Of a DNA stretch of 64,000 nt, positions 48,686-58,697 are shown piece after piece. The first letter of the stretch is position 1. Each line of letters begins with the position of its first letter. The notes beneath the pieces were generated by a model. It saw nothing but the letters and a program-made list of their open reading frames with translations. It made no database searches and was not told the origin of the DNA. The translations under genes and the position numbers were made by a program. Location of the stretch: the NCBI RefSeq assembly GCF_028369095.1, contig NZ_JAQNDN010000024.1:281350-345349 (forward strand). Reading direction: 5' to 3'. This DNA comes from Nannocystis radixulma (GTDB lineage Bacteria > Myxococcota_A > Polyangia > Nannocystales > Nannocystaceae).

Positions 48686-49711
48686 TCACTCGCGGCGGTA
48701 GGCGCCGAGCCAGGCGCGGGCGTTGCCGCCGAGCACGCGCGAGACCGCGGGGTCGGCGAGCGCGAGGCCGTGGTAGACGCCGGGGGTGAACGCGCCGATC
48801 CGGGCGGTGTGGCGCCAGAACTCGAAGCGCTCGCGCTCGAGCAACCCGAGGTTGGCGGACAGCTGCAGGTCCCACTCGCGCGCGGCGTCGGCCTCGCGGC
48901 CCGGCGCGCGGGTGGTGACGAGGTCGGAGCCGAACAGGAAGCGCTCGGGCTGGACCTCGATCAGGGCGCGCAGGCGATCGCGGTCGGTCTCGATCGCGGT
49001 GAAGCCGTCGACGCCGGGCAGGCCGGCGCCGTGGCTGGTGTCGACGCGCAGCCGCGGGAACTCGCGCAGGAGGCCGGCGAGGCGATCGAGGTCGGTCCGG
49101 CTGCCGCACAGGTGGGCGCACACCAGCTCGAGCCGCGGGTGGGCGCGCAGGAGCCGGGCCAGCTCGTCGCGGTAGCGGACGGTGTTGACGTGGGCGAGCA
49201 CAGGGACGGAGTGATGCTCGAGCCACTCGAACAGCGAGGCGTGGGCCGGGTCGTCGAGCGGGCGCGCGTGCAGCTCCTGGTGGCCGGCGTAGAGCTTGAC
49301 CCCGCGAGCGCCGCGCTGAAACCAGCGCTCGAGCTCGGCGATGCCGACCTCGGCCGGCTCGACGGTGATGAAGGGGAACAGACGATCGCGGTGGTCGGCG
49401 GTGGCGGCGAGCAGGGTCTCGTTGGCCTCCCGCCAGCCGCGCAGGCGGGCGTCGCGGCCAGGCTCGAGGCCGAGGGCGGGATCGAGGTGCGGCGAGGCGA
49501 TGACGACGGCGGCCGCGATCGCCTGGCGGTCGAGCGCGGCCAGCAGCTCGTCGACGGCGCCGCCGACGAGGTGGACGTGGACGTCGACGCGATCGCGGAC
49601 GGCCTCGTCGTCGGTGCTCGTGGGCTCGGTCGGCGTCGGCGCGCTACAGGTCAGCGCGAGGCCGGCGAGGACCGCGATCGCGGCGCGCCACGGTGCGGGC
49701 TCAGCACTCAC
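48686..49711 (-). CDS. Amidohydrolase-2-type TIM-barrel metal-dependent hydrolase, lipoprotein
   Basis: LAGLALTCS lipobox, VDVHVHLVGG metal-binding start, and the HxH ... D pattern. Confidence 0.6.
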   Translation of the reverse strand: MSAEPAPWRAAIAVLAGLALTCSAPTPTEPTSTDDEAVRDRVDVHVHLVGGAVDELLAALDRQAIAAAVVIASPHLDPALGLEPGRDARLRGWREANETLLAATADHRDRLFPFITVEPAEVGIAELERWFQRGARGVKLYAGHQELHARPLDDPAHASLFEWLEHHSVPVLAHVNTVRYRDELARLLRAHPRLELVCAHLCGSRTDLDRLAGLLREFPRLRVDTSHGAGLPGVDGFTAIETDRDRLRALIEVQPERFLFGSDLVTTRAPGREADAAREWDLQLSANLGLLERERFEFWRHTARIGAFTPGVYHGLALADPAVSRVLGGNARAWLGAYRRE

Positions 49712-50321
49712 ACTCGTCCTCGCCTTCGTAGTTGCGCATGGAGATGCTCAGCCGGTACGGGTACTCGGCCGTCGGCGTGTCGCTGTGGACGCGCAGCAGC
49801 AGGCCGTCGGCGTAGTCGTCGCCGGAGCCGGCGAGCGCGAGCACGCCGTCGTCGGCGGTCTGGGCGATCAGCGGCTCGTGGGTGTCGGCGCGGTAGACCT
49901 CGATCGTCATCGCGTTCTCGGGGCCGGCAGCGAGCACCGGCTCCCCGCAGGCGGCGCCGCACAGTCCGGCGTCCTTCACCAGCGCGCGGACGTAAAGGTA
50001 GTGCACGGTGTAGCCGAGGTCGGCGACCTCGATGCGGTACCAGTCGTCCTCGCCAGGGCACAGGTAGGCGTCATGGACCTCGTGCCAGGCCGACGCCTTG
50101 TCGGCCGAGTCCCAGTTCATGTCGGTCGGATCCTCGGGGTCGTCGTTCGGCTCCCACGCGTCGTTGAGCGGGCAGGCGACCGCCCCGCCGGTGTCGTCGC
50201 CGCTGCCGGCGTCGCCGTCGCCGGACGAGAGGTCGCAGGCGGCCATCGACAGCACGATGGCAGCCTGTCGCAAGAGACAGGTCGAACGCGGCGTCGCGGG
50301 CGAGGTCGAGGGGGGCAGCAT
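49701..50321 (-). CDS. Hypothetical acidic lipoprotein
   Basis: IVLSMAAC lipobox and a D/E-rich body with paired cysteines. Confidence 0.45.
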   Translation of the reverse strand: MLPPSTSPATPRSTCLLRQAAIVLSMAACDLSSGDGDAGSGDDTGGAVACPLNDAWEPNDDPEDPTDMNWDSADKASAWHEVHDAYLCPGEDDWYRIEVADLGYTVHYLYVRALVKDAGLCGAACGEPVLAAGPENAMTIEVYRADTHEPLIAQTADDGVLALAGSGDDYADGLLLRVHSDTPTAEYPYRLSISMRNYEGEDECEC

Positions 50322-50469
50322 CGGTCGTGTGCTGCAAACGTGGACTGCCCACGGTGCCGGTCAACCGGTCGCGCCGCGTGGGGGCCGAGGGCAGGGGGGT
50401 GGCCGCCAGCGCGGCGACGAAGGAGCCGGGCGAGCCGCGAGGGGCCGCGCAGGCGCCGCCCGCACGGGC

Positions 50470-50625
50470 GCGCGAGGACATGTCCCGGAGGACAGGCGAT
50501 GCGCGCAACGATGGGTCCGGCGCTCTGCGCGAGCGAGTGGGGGACGCGGCATGTCCGAAGAGACAGAGCGTGCAGCGCCGCCCGCCCTGCGGCGCTTGCT
50601 GTCCCATAGGACATGTGAGGCGACG
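50470..50625. repeat. Three motif copies (GGACATGTCCCGGAGGACAG; CATGTCCGAAGAGACAG; GGACATGTGAGG) in the 308-bp gap between the lipoprotein gene and the SPFH gene
   Basis: Read directly at about 50476, 50551 and 50609. Confidence 0.6.
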
Positions 50626-50629
50626 GGGC

Positions 50630-52201
50630 TCACCGGCCCGGCTGGTTGCTGTCTGCAGGGACAGGCGCGGCCGGCGTGGCGAGCAGGTCGGTGCCGACCT
50701 TGCGGGCGAGCGCGAGGACCTCGCCGATCCCGCGGGCGACCATGGCCGAGGGGTCGGCGCCCTCGCCGAACGAGGTGATCTTGACCTCGCCGAACTTCTG
50801 CGCGAACGCGCCGGCGATCGCGGGCAGGCCGGTCTCGACCAGGGCCATGCGGATCCGGTCGTCGGAGACGAGGTTGTCGACCTCGCGGGCGGCCCGGGCC
50901 ACGGCGGCCCGGACCTCGCCGGCGAGCCGCTCGAGCTGCAGCTCGCGCTCCTTGAGCCGCGCGGCCGCGGCGCTCTCGAGGTCCTTGAGCTCGGTGCTGG
51001 CCTTGCTGCGGTTCATCGCCAGCTGGGCGGCGAGCTCGGCCTCGCGCTGCTGCGTGGTGTGCTTGACCTCGAGCAGCTGGCGCTCGGCCTCGGCGTACTT
51101 GCGCTCGCGTGCGAGCTGGGCCAGCCGCACGGCCTCGGCCTGGGCGGCCTTCTCCTGCTCGATCTGGGTCTTGGCCCGCAGCTCGCCGAGCAGGCGCGCC
51201 TGCTCGCGCGCGCCTCGCTCCTCGGCGAGCTCGGTGGCGGCCTTGAGCTCGGCGAGGGCCCGCGCCTGCTCGCGGGCGGCTCGCTCCTCGGCGAGCTCGG
51301 TGGACGCCTTGAGCTCGGCGAACAGGCGCATCTGGTCGCGCACGCGCTGCTCCTCGGCGGCGCGCGCCTCGAGCTCGTCGCGCTTGGCGGCCTCGGCCAG
51401 CTCGATCTGCATGGTGCGGCTCTCGGCCTGGGCCTTGAGCTCGCGCGTGGCGGTCTCGCTGGCGATCTTGGCCTCCTCGATCTGGCGCGAGGAGGTCGCC
51501 TCGAGCGTGGCGATCTCGCGGGCGCTCTCCATCTCGGCCATGCGCGCGCGCAGGGCCAGCTCGGCGCGGAACCTGGCCTGCATGTCCTGGAACACGGTGT
51601 CCGACAGGATCTGCACGTTCTGGATCTCGACGGTGTCGATGATCACGCCCCAGCCGGTGGCGGTGGTGTCGTCGGTGCGGCCGCGGCCCTCGACGATCGG
51701 CACGAGCTCCGCCATCAGCTCGCGCGCGATCGACTCCTTGCGCCGGGTCATGGCGTCCTCGACGCGCAGGTTGGCGACCAGGCGCCGGGTGGCGCCGACG
51801 AACATCTCGGTGAGGATCTCGCCGAGCTTCTCCTGCGCGCGCTCGCTGTAGGAGAAGTTGAGCATGCGGAAGGTCAGCTCCGGCTCGGCGATCCGGTAGA
51901 CGGCGAGGCCGGTGATCTGCACGCCGACCTTCTCGAGCGTGACCTGATCGGCGGTGAACTGCAGCCGGTTGATGGTGGTCGGGATGACGGCCACGCTGTC
52001 CCACGGCCACTTGAAGCAGCTCGCGCCCTGGCCGGTGCTGGCGCGCCGGATCCGTCCGCGGCGCACGTGGATGAGGTACTCGGACGGCTTGGCGGTGATG
52101 AAGCCCCAACGCTTCATCTTCTCGGGGTCCTCCACGGGCTTGCCCTGGCGCCATTGGCTGTCGTGGGTGGCGGGCGTGGTGGTGGCGGGCTTGGTGGTCA
52201 T
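50630..52201 (-). CDS. SPFH/Band-7 (flotillin-like) protein with long EA-rich coiled coil
   Basis: N-terminal SPFH domain followed by a roughly 150-aa AEERAAREQARALAELKA repeat coiled coil. Confidence 0.75.
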   Translation of the reverse strand: MTTKPATTTPATHDSQWRQGKPVEDPEKMKRWGFITAKPSEYLIHVRRGRIRRASTGQGASCFKWPWDSVAVIPTTINRLQFTADQVTLEKVGVQITGLAVYRIAEPELTFRMLNFSYSERAQEKLGEILTEMFVGATRRLVANLRVEDAMTRRKESIARELMAELVPIVEGRGRTDDTTATGWGVIIDTVEIQNVQILSDTVFQDMQARFRAELALRARMAEMESAREIATLEATSSRQIEEAKIASETATRELKAQAESRTMQIELAEAAKRDELEARAAEEQRVRDQMRLFAELKASTELAEERAAREQARALAELKAATELAEERGAREQARLLGELRAKTQIEQEKAAQAEAVRLAQLARERKYAEAERQLLEVKHTTQQREAELAAQLAMNRSKASTELKDLESAAAARLKERELQLERLAGEVRAAVARAAREVDNLVSDDRIRMALVETGLPAIAGAFAQKFGEVKITSFGEGADPSAMVARGIGEVLALARKVGTDLLATPAAPVPADSNQPGR

Positions 52202-52383
52202 CGTTCGACTCCTGCGCGAGACCACTTAGCAGGCGCCGTGCCAGCGACCGCGGCGGGCGCCGGACGCGAGGTTGTCGGGCGCCGCGCCCGCGACCGCGCG
52301 GGGAGGCCACGGACGGGGTGCATCGAAACGATACACGTGGATCGATATGAGACAGGTACAGCGAACGGCGCTGGAGCCGGAGC

Positions 52384-53937
<1,554 letters not shown>

Positions 53938-54096
53938 CCGCGCCGAGTGTATCAGAATGAGACGGTGGCTCAATCCGAGTCCGGGCGTTCGCGCGCCGCT
54001 GCGTCGGCGCTGGAGCCGCGAGACTAGGGGCATGGAGCAGCGCCGCGCGGATGCAGGCGTTGACTGCCGCGCAGGCGGCACGCGATAAAAATCGTC

Positions 54097-55041
54097 ATGA
54101 TTGAGAAGCTGGGAAGCGTGAAGGGCTTGGGCATTGCAGCGCTCGTCGGCGCGCTGCTGACCGCGGGGTGCGGCGAGAAGGGGCAGGACACCGAGACCGA
54201 CACGAGCACTCCGACGACCGATCCGACGACGGATCCGGGGACGGAGTCGAACACGGGGCCGACGACCGGGCCGACGACCGGGTCGACGACGGAACCGACG
54301 ACCCCGACGGGCACGAGCACGGAGGGCGACACCGACTCGCCGACGACCACCGACCCGACGACGGAGGGCGGCACGAGCATGTGCAACCCGAAGATCCAGG
54401 ACTGTCCCGAAGGCCAGAAGTGCGTGGCCTACGACTCGATGGCGATGAACTACTGGGACGCCAACAAGTGCGTCGATGAGCCGGTGAACGGTGGCGTCGT
54501 CGGCGACCCGTGCAACATCAACGCGGGCGAGTCGGTCTTCAGTGGGCTCGACAACTGCTCGAAGGGCACGATCTGCCTCAACTTCGACTTCGAGACCGGT
54601 CAGGGCGGCACGTGCACGGCGTACTGCGGCGAGGGCAACAGCTGCGGCGACGGTGAGCTCTGCCTCGAGACGGCCAACGAGGGCGTGCTGCCGATCTGCC
54701 TGAAGTCCTGCGACCCGCTGTTGCAGGACTGCGAAGGCATGCAGGGCTGCTACGGCGACGCGTCGTTCGGCGGCTTCATCTGCTTCTCGCCCGACCCGGG
54801 CGCCAACACCGGCGACGACAACTCCCCCTGCGAGTACACGAACGCCTGCCTCGCGGGCTTCAGCTGCCAGGCCGCCGAGACGGTCGAAGGCTGCGACGAG
54901 GGCTCGACCGGCTGCTGCACGCCCTTCTGCTCGGTGTCCGGCGGCGACGCCGACTGCGCCCCGAGCGAAGACTGCGTGCCGTTCTTCGCCGACCCACCGC
55001 CGGGCACCGATGACGTCGGTGTCTGCGTGATCCCGAGCTGA
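54097..55041 (+). CDS. Cys-rich repeat lipoprotein (myxobacterial Cys-rich repeat-like)
   Basis: LLTAGC lipobox, T/P/E linker, and repeated C..C...G.C modules. Confidence 0.55.
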   Translation: MIEKLGSVKGLGIAALVGALLTAGCGEKGQDTETDTSTPTTDPTTDPGTESNTGPTTGPTTGSTTEPTTPTGTSTEGDTDSPTTTDPTTEGGTSMCNPKIQDCPEGQKCVAYDSMAMNYWDANKCVDEPVNGGVVGDPCNINAGESVFSGLDNCSKGTICLNFDFETGQGGTCTAYCGEGNSCGDGELCLETANEGVLPICLKSCDPLLQDCEGMQGCYGDASFGGFICFSPDPGANTGDDNSPCEYTNACLAGFSCQAAETVEGCDEGSTGCCTPFCSVSGGDADCAPSEDCVPFFADPPPGTDDVGVCVIPS

Positions 55042-55407
55042 GACACGAGACGCTGCGACGACGAAGAGCCGCGACGAGGGACCGTCGCGGCTCTGGTCGC
55101 GAGAAGCGAGGGGACGGCGAGCGCGAGTGGTTGGTGCGCAGCGGCTCGGTAGCGATGAAGGGCGGGGACGGCGAGGCGAGCCACATGACGCGGCGCGTCA
55201 GGCGGGGAGCGTGGGGATGACGAGGTGCACGAGACGCGAGCCGCGTGACGAGAACGCCGACGACTCAACGGGAGACGCACGGCGAGACGAGACGCGGACA
55301 GGTCGCTACGGCGAGGTGCGTCGCAGCTAGCGACTCGAGCGACGCAAAGAGCCGCGACGCTAAAACGTCGCGGCTCTCGGAGCGCGCGTCGTGACGCGAG
55401 GAGGATC

Positions 55408-55791
55408 TCAGTTCGCGGTCCGCTGCGAGGGGCGGGCGAAGATCCGGTCGAAGGCGTCCTGGACCTCTTCGGACATGTCGGTGAGCGTGCCGAAGCCGAT
55501 GAGGTAGAAGGGCCGATCGCGGACGGTGACGCGCCACACCTGCATCGGCTGGCCGTCCGTCAGCTCGTCGATCAGACCGGCGCGCAGGGACGCGGGCTCT
55601 TCGACGTACATGGGGGCGACCGCGGCGACGCGGTTGCCGAGGTCCTTGTCACCCGCGCCCGCCAGGAGCAGGCCCTCATGCGTGGCGAGCGTGAGGTGCT
55701 CCAGGCCGGTCCGCTGGGCGACCGCCCGAAGGTAGAGATCCCCGGCGAGGCAGGGGTTTTCGCTGCGATCTTGGCGTCGTTCGTGCGTCAT
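55408..55791 (-). CDS. Hypothetical protein (possibly Roadblock/LC7-like)
   Basis: 127 aa with balanced composition. The domain call is a weak impression only. Confidence 0.3.
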   Translation of the reverse strand: MTHERRQDRSENPCLAGDLYLRAVAQRTGLEHLTLATHEGLLLAGAGDKDLGNRVAAVAPMYVEEPASLRAGLIDELTDGQPMQVWRVTVRDRPFYLIGFGTLTDMSEEVQDAFDRIFARPSQRTAN

Positions 55792-55869
55792 CCGACAAAA
55801 CTCCGGTGTGGGTGATGTAGGATAACTGCCGACTTCGGCGGGGACAAAATTTCTGCGGATCGGGCCGGC

Positions 55870-56073
55870 TCAACGCGAAGTGCGCGCGTTCTTGCGCTTC
55901 TTCTGCGGCGACGGAGAACCGAAGACCTCCCGCAGCACCTGATCGGCGGGGATGAGCTCGACCTCACCGCGGTCAAGCTCCGCCAACCTGCGCTTCAGCG
56001 CCTTGGCCAGCGTGACCTCATCGGCGTCCGTGAGGATCCGCGGCGGGCCTCCTGCAAAAGAGTCGCTCGTCAT
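55870..56073 (-). CDS. Addiction-module antitoxin (TIGR02574-like)
   Basis: PRILTDADEVTLAKALKRRLAELDRGEVELIPADQVLREVF matches the family C-terminal motif. ATG inferred at 56073. Confidence 0.55.
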   Translation of the reverse strand: MTSDSFAGGPPRILTDADEVTLAKALKRRLAELDRGEVELIPADQVLREVFGSPSPQKKRKNARTSR

Positions 56074-56087
56074 TCCGATTCCGTAGC

Positions 56088-56400
56088 ATGACGCGCGAGT
56101 TTGAGCTGGGAAAAAGAGTCGGCTTTCATCCGGAGGCGCAACGCGAAACCGAAGAGGCACGCGGCTTTGCCGCGCGCCTCGGGCCGGTCCACGTCCGACG
56201 CGTCGAGCTGGCTATCCGCAAGGCCCTCGATGACATCGCTCGATTCCCCCAGGCCTGGCCGCCGTACTTGTACGGCACCCGGCGCTGTTTCCTCGTCGGG
56301 CTGCCGTATTTCTTCGTCTATCGCCGGCGGCGGCGGCTGGAGGTCATCGCGCTTTGCCATCACCGGCAACGGCCGGGGCTCTGGCTCGTGCGACTGTCAG
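56088..56400 (+). pseudogene. RelE/ParE-family toxin lacking its expected stop (reads through antisense to ung)
   Basis: FHPEAQRETEEARGFAARL...FPQAWPPYLYGTRRCFLVGLPYFFVYRRRRRLEVIALCHHRQRPGLW is a strong family match for about 100 codons. There is then no in-frame stop until 57224. Confidence 0.45.
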
Positions 56401-57083
56401 AAGATTTGCCAGTCGATCGCCGGGTAGCCGAGGTCCTCGAGGGCGGTGTTGATGGCCGAGAACGGCCGGCTGCCGAGAAACTTCGGACCCTTGCCGAGGA
56501 TCGGCGAGGGGTGGGGGGCGGCCACGACGCGGTGGCGGCGCTGGTCGACCAGGGTGGCTTTCTTCTTGGCGAAGTCACCCCACAGGGCGAACACCACCGG
56601 CTCGTTGCGCTCGCCGAGGGCGCGGATGACGGCGTCGGTGAACTTCTCCCAGCCCTTGTTCTTGTGCGAGCCGGGGGTGTGGGCGCGGACGGTAAGGACG
56701 GTGTTGAGCAGCAGGACGCCCTGCTCGGCCCACGATTGCAGGTTGCCGTGCGGGGGGACGCTGCACCCGCGGTCGGCGGCCAGCTCCTTGAAGATGTTGG
56801 CCAGCGAGGCCGGCGGCTTGACCCCCGGCAGGACCGAGAAGCACAGGCCGTGGGCCTGACCCTCGTCGTGGTACGGGTCCTGTCCGAGCAGCACGACCTT
56901 GACCTGCTCGAAGGGGGTCAGCTCGAAGGCGCGAAAGACGTCTTCCTCGGGCGGATAAACCGTATTGTTTTCGCGCTCATAGTTGACGAAGTCGACGAGG
57001 TCCTTGAAGTATGGCTTGGCCATCTCGTCGGCCAGCACCGCGTGCCAGCTGCCAGGCAGAGTCCAGTTGCCGTAGCCGTACAT
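56397..57083 (-). CDS. ung: Uracil-DNA glycosylase (family 1)
   Basis: VVLLGQDPYH, GLCFSV, LLLNTVLTV, HPSPIL motifs, with ATG from an internal Met. Confidence 0.85.
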   Translation of the reverse strand: MYGYGNWTLPGSWHAVLADEMAKPYFKDLVDFVNYERENNTVYPPEEDVFRAFELTPFEQVKVVLLGQDPYHDEGQAHGLCFSVLPGVKPPASLANIFKELAADRGCSVPPHGNLQSWAEQGVLLLNTVLTVRAHTPGSHKNKGWEKFTDAVIRALGERNEPVVFALWGDFAKKKATLVDQRRHRVVAAPHPSPILGKGPKFLGSRPFSAINTALEDLGYPAIDWQIF

Positions 57084-57094
57084 GCCGCACCTCC

Positions 57095-58573
57095 TCAGGG
57101 GATCCGGCGGATCGTCTCCGACAGCAGCGCCACGCCGAAGCCCGTACCGCGGTTCTTCGGGAAGCTCGGCCCCGCCAGGTCGATGTGGCACCACAACGCC
57201 TTGGTGTCGTCCATGTGCCAGTAGACGAACTGCGCCGCGCAGGCCGACTGGGCGTTCATGCGATTCTTTACAGAATTGACCATATCTGCGATATTACTCT
57301 CGAATTCTTGCTTGTAGAATTCGGGTGCGAACGGCAGCGGGTGGACGAGGTCGCCGCAGTGCTTGCCGGCGGCGATGATGGTCTGCTCGAGGAACTCGTC
57401 GTTGCTGACGATGGCGGCGTGGAGCAGGCCGGTCGAGATCAGCTGGGCGCCGGTGAGGGTTGCGGCGTCGAACACGACCTCGGCGCCGAGCGCTCGCGTG
57501 GCGTAGCTGACGCCGTCGGCGAGCAGCAGGCGGCCCTCCGCGTCGGTGTTGTTGATCTCGACGGTCTTGCCGGAGTGCATGCGGAGGATGTCGTCGGGCT
57601 TGTAGGCGCCCGGGCCGACGGCGTTCTCGGCGATGCAGAGGATCAGCGAGAGCTTGTGCTTGCAATGATTGGCGGCCAGCACGCAGAAGGCCCCGAGCAC
57701 GGCGGCCGCGCCGCCGCAGTCGCCCTTCATCGTGTTCATCGCGCCGCTGATCTTGAGACTGAGACCGCCGGTGTCGTACGTGATGCCCTTGCCGACCAGC
57801 GCGATCGAGCGGCCACCACCGGCCGCCGGGGTGTACTGGGCGATGAGCATGCGCGGCGGCTTGACCGCGCAGCGGCCGACGGCGTGGATGCCGGCGAGGC
57901 CCTCCTGGAGCAGGGCGTCGCCGACGATCTCGCGCAATTCGACCCGCGGAATCGCGGTCAACAAGTCGCGCGCGCGCGCGGCGAACTCCTCGGGATTGAG
58001 CTCGGTCGGCGGGGTATCCACGTGCAGCGCGGCGATCCGCGTGGCGTGCATCGTCGACTCGACCTCGGGCGGGATCGGGATCGGTTGACCGGCGAGGTCG
58101 AGCGCGAGGATCTGGACCTCGGCGCCGCTGCTCGCGCCGCTCTTGCTCGAATAGAGCGGGAGAGCGCGGCCGACCGCGTTGACCGTGGCCAGCAGGTGCG
58201 CCGGATCCGGCAGGATCAGGATGATGCCGGCCTTGGTGCTGCCGAGGTCTGCTCCGGCCACCACGCGGCGGACGCTCTCGGCGCGGCTCGGCGAATTGTA
58301 GCGAGACCCGTGGTCGGGCAGCACGCCGAGGAGCAATCGGCGCGGCTCCGACAGGCCGGTCAGCGTTCCGGATACCGCTCCGAGCTCGCCCGGTTTGGTG
58401 TCCCGCGCGAGTTCGGCGAGCAGCGCCTGCGCCGGCGCCGGCAGGAACGCCGGCAACTCACCGGTGAGGACGCCGGCCGCCGCGACGACGAGGACGGCGC
58501 GGCTGCCGTGGAGCAGAGCGGGAATGGTCGGGGCGAAGCTCAGGGTCGTGGGCACGGCCGCAGCATGCCACAA
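57095..58573 (-). CDS. Leucyl aminopeptidase (M17 family)
   Basis: NTDAEGRLLLAD signature and VGKGITYDTGGLSLK. Confidence 0.85.
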   Translation of the reverse strand: MWHAAAVPTTLSFAPTIPALLHGSRAVLVVAAAGVLTGELPAFLPAPAQALLAELARDTKPGELGAVSGTLTGLSEPRRLLLGVLPDHGSRYNSPSRAESVRRVVAGADLGSTKAGIILILPDPAHLLATVNAVGRALPLYSSKSGASSGAEVQILALDLAGQPIPIPPEVESTMHATRIAALHVDTPPTELNPEEFAARARDLLTAIPRVELREIVGDALLQEGLAGIHAVGRCAVKPPRMLIAQYTPAAGGGRSIALVGKGITYDTGGLSLKISGAMNTMKGDCGGAAAVLGAFCVLAANHCKHKLSLILCIAENAVGPGAYKPDDILRMHSGKTVEINNTDAEGRLLLADGVSYATRALGAEVVFDAATLTGAQLISTGLLHAAIVSNDEFLEQTIIAAGKHCGDLVHPLPFAPEFYKQEFESNIADMVNSVKNRMNAQSACAAQFVYWHMDDTKALWCHIDLAGPSFPKNRGTGFGVALLSETIRRIP

Positions 58574-58697
58574 GCTGTCGACTGCGTCGTCCCGCGCTTC
58601 TACGAGCGCGCCATTGCGGCAACTGCCGCCGGGTTTTGCCGAAGACGCGCAACACCGGGGGAAGGTGTGTTAACGTCACAGGGTCCCCCGAGAAGCC

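Noticed and set aside
56400-57224. Continuation of the ParE-like ORF to 378 aa
   Set aside because: Homology stops after about 100 codons. The rest is antisense to ung and is read-through from a missing stop, not a fusion domain.
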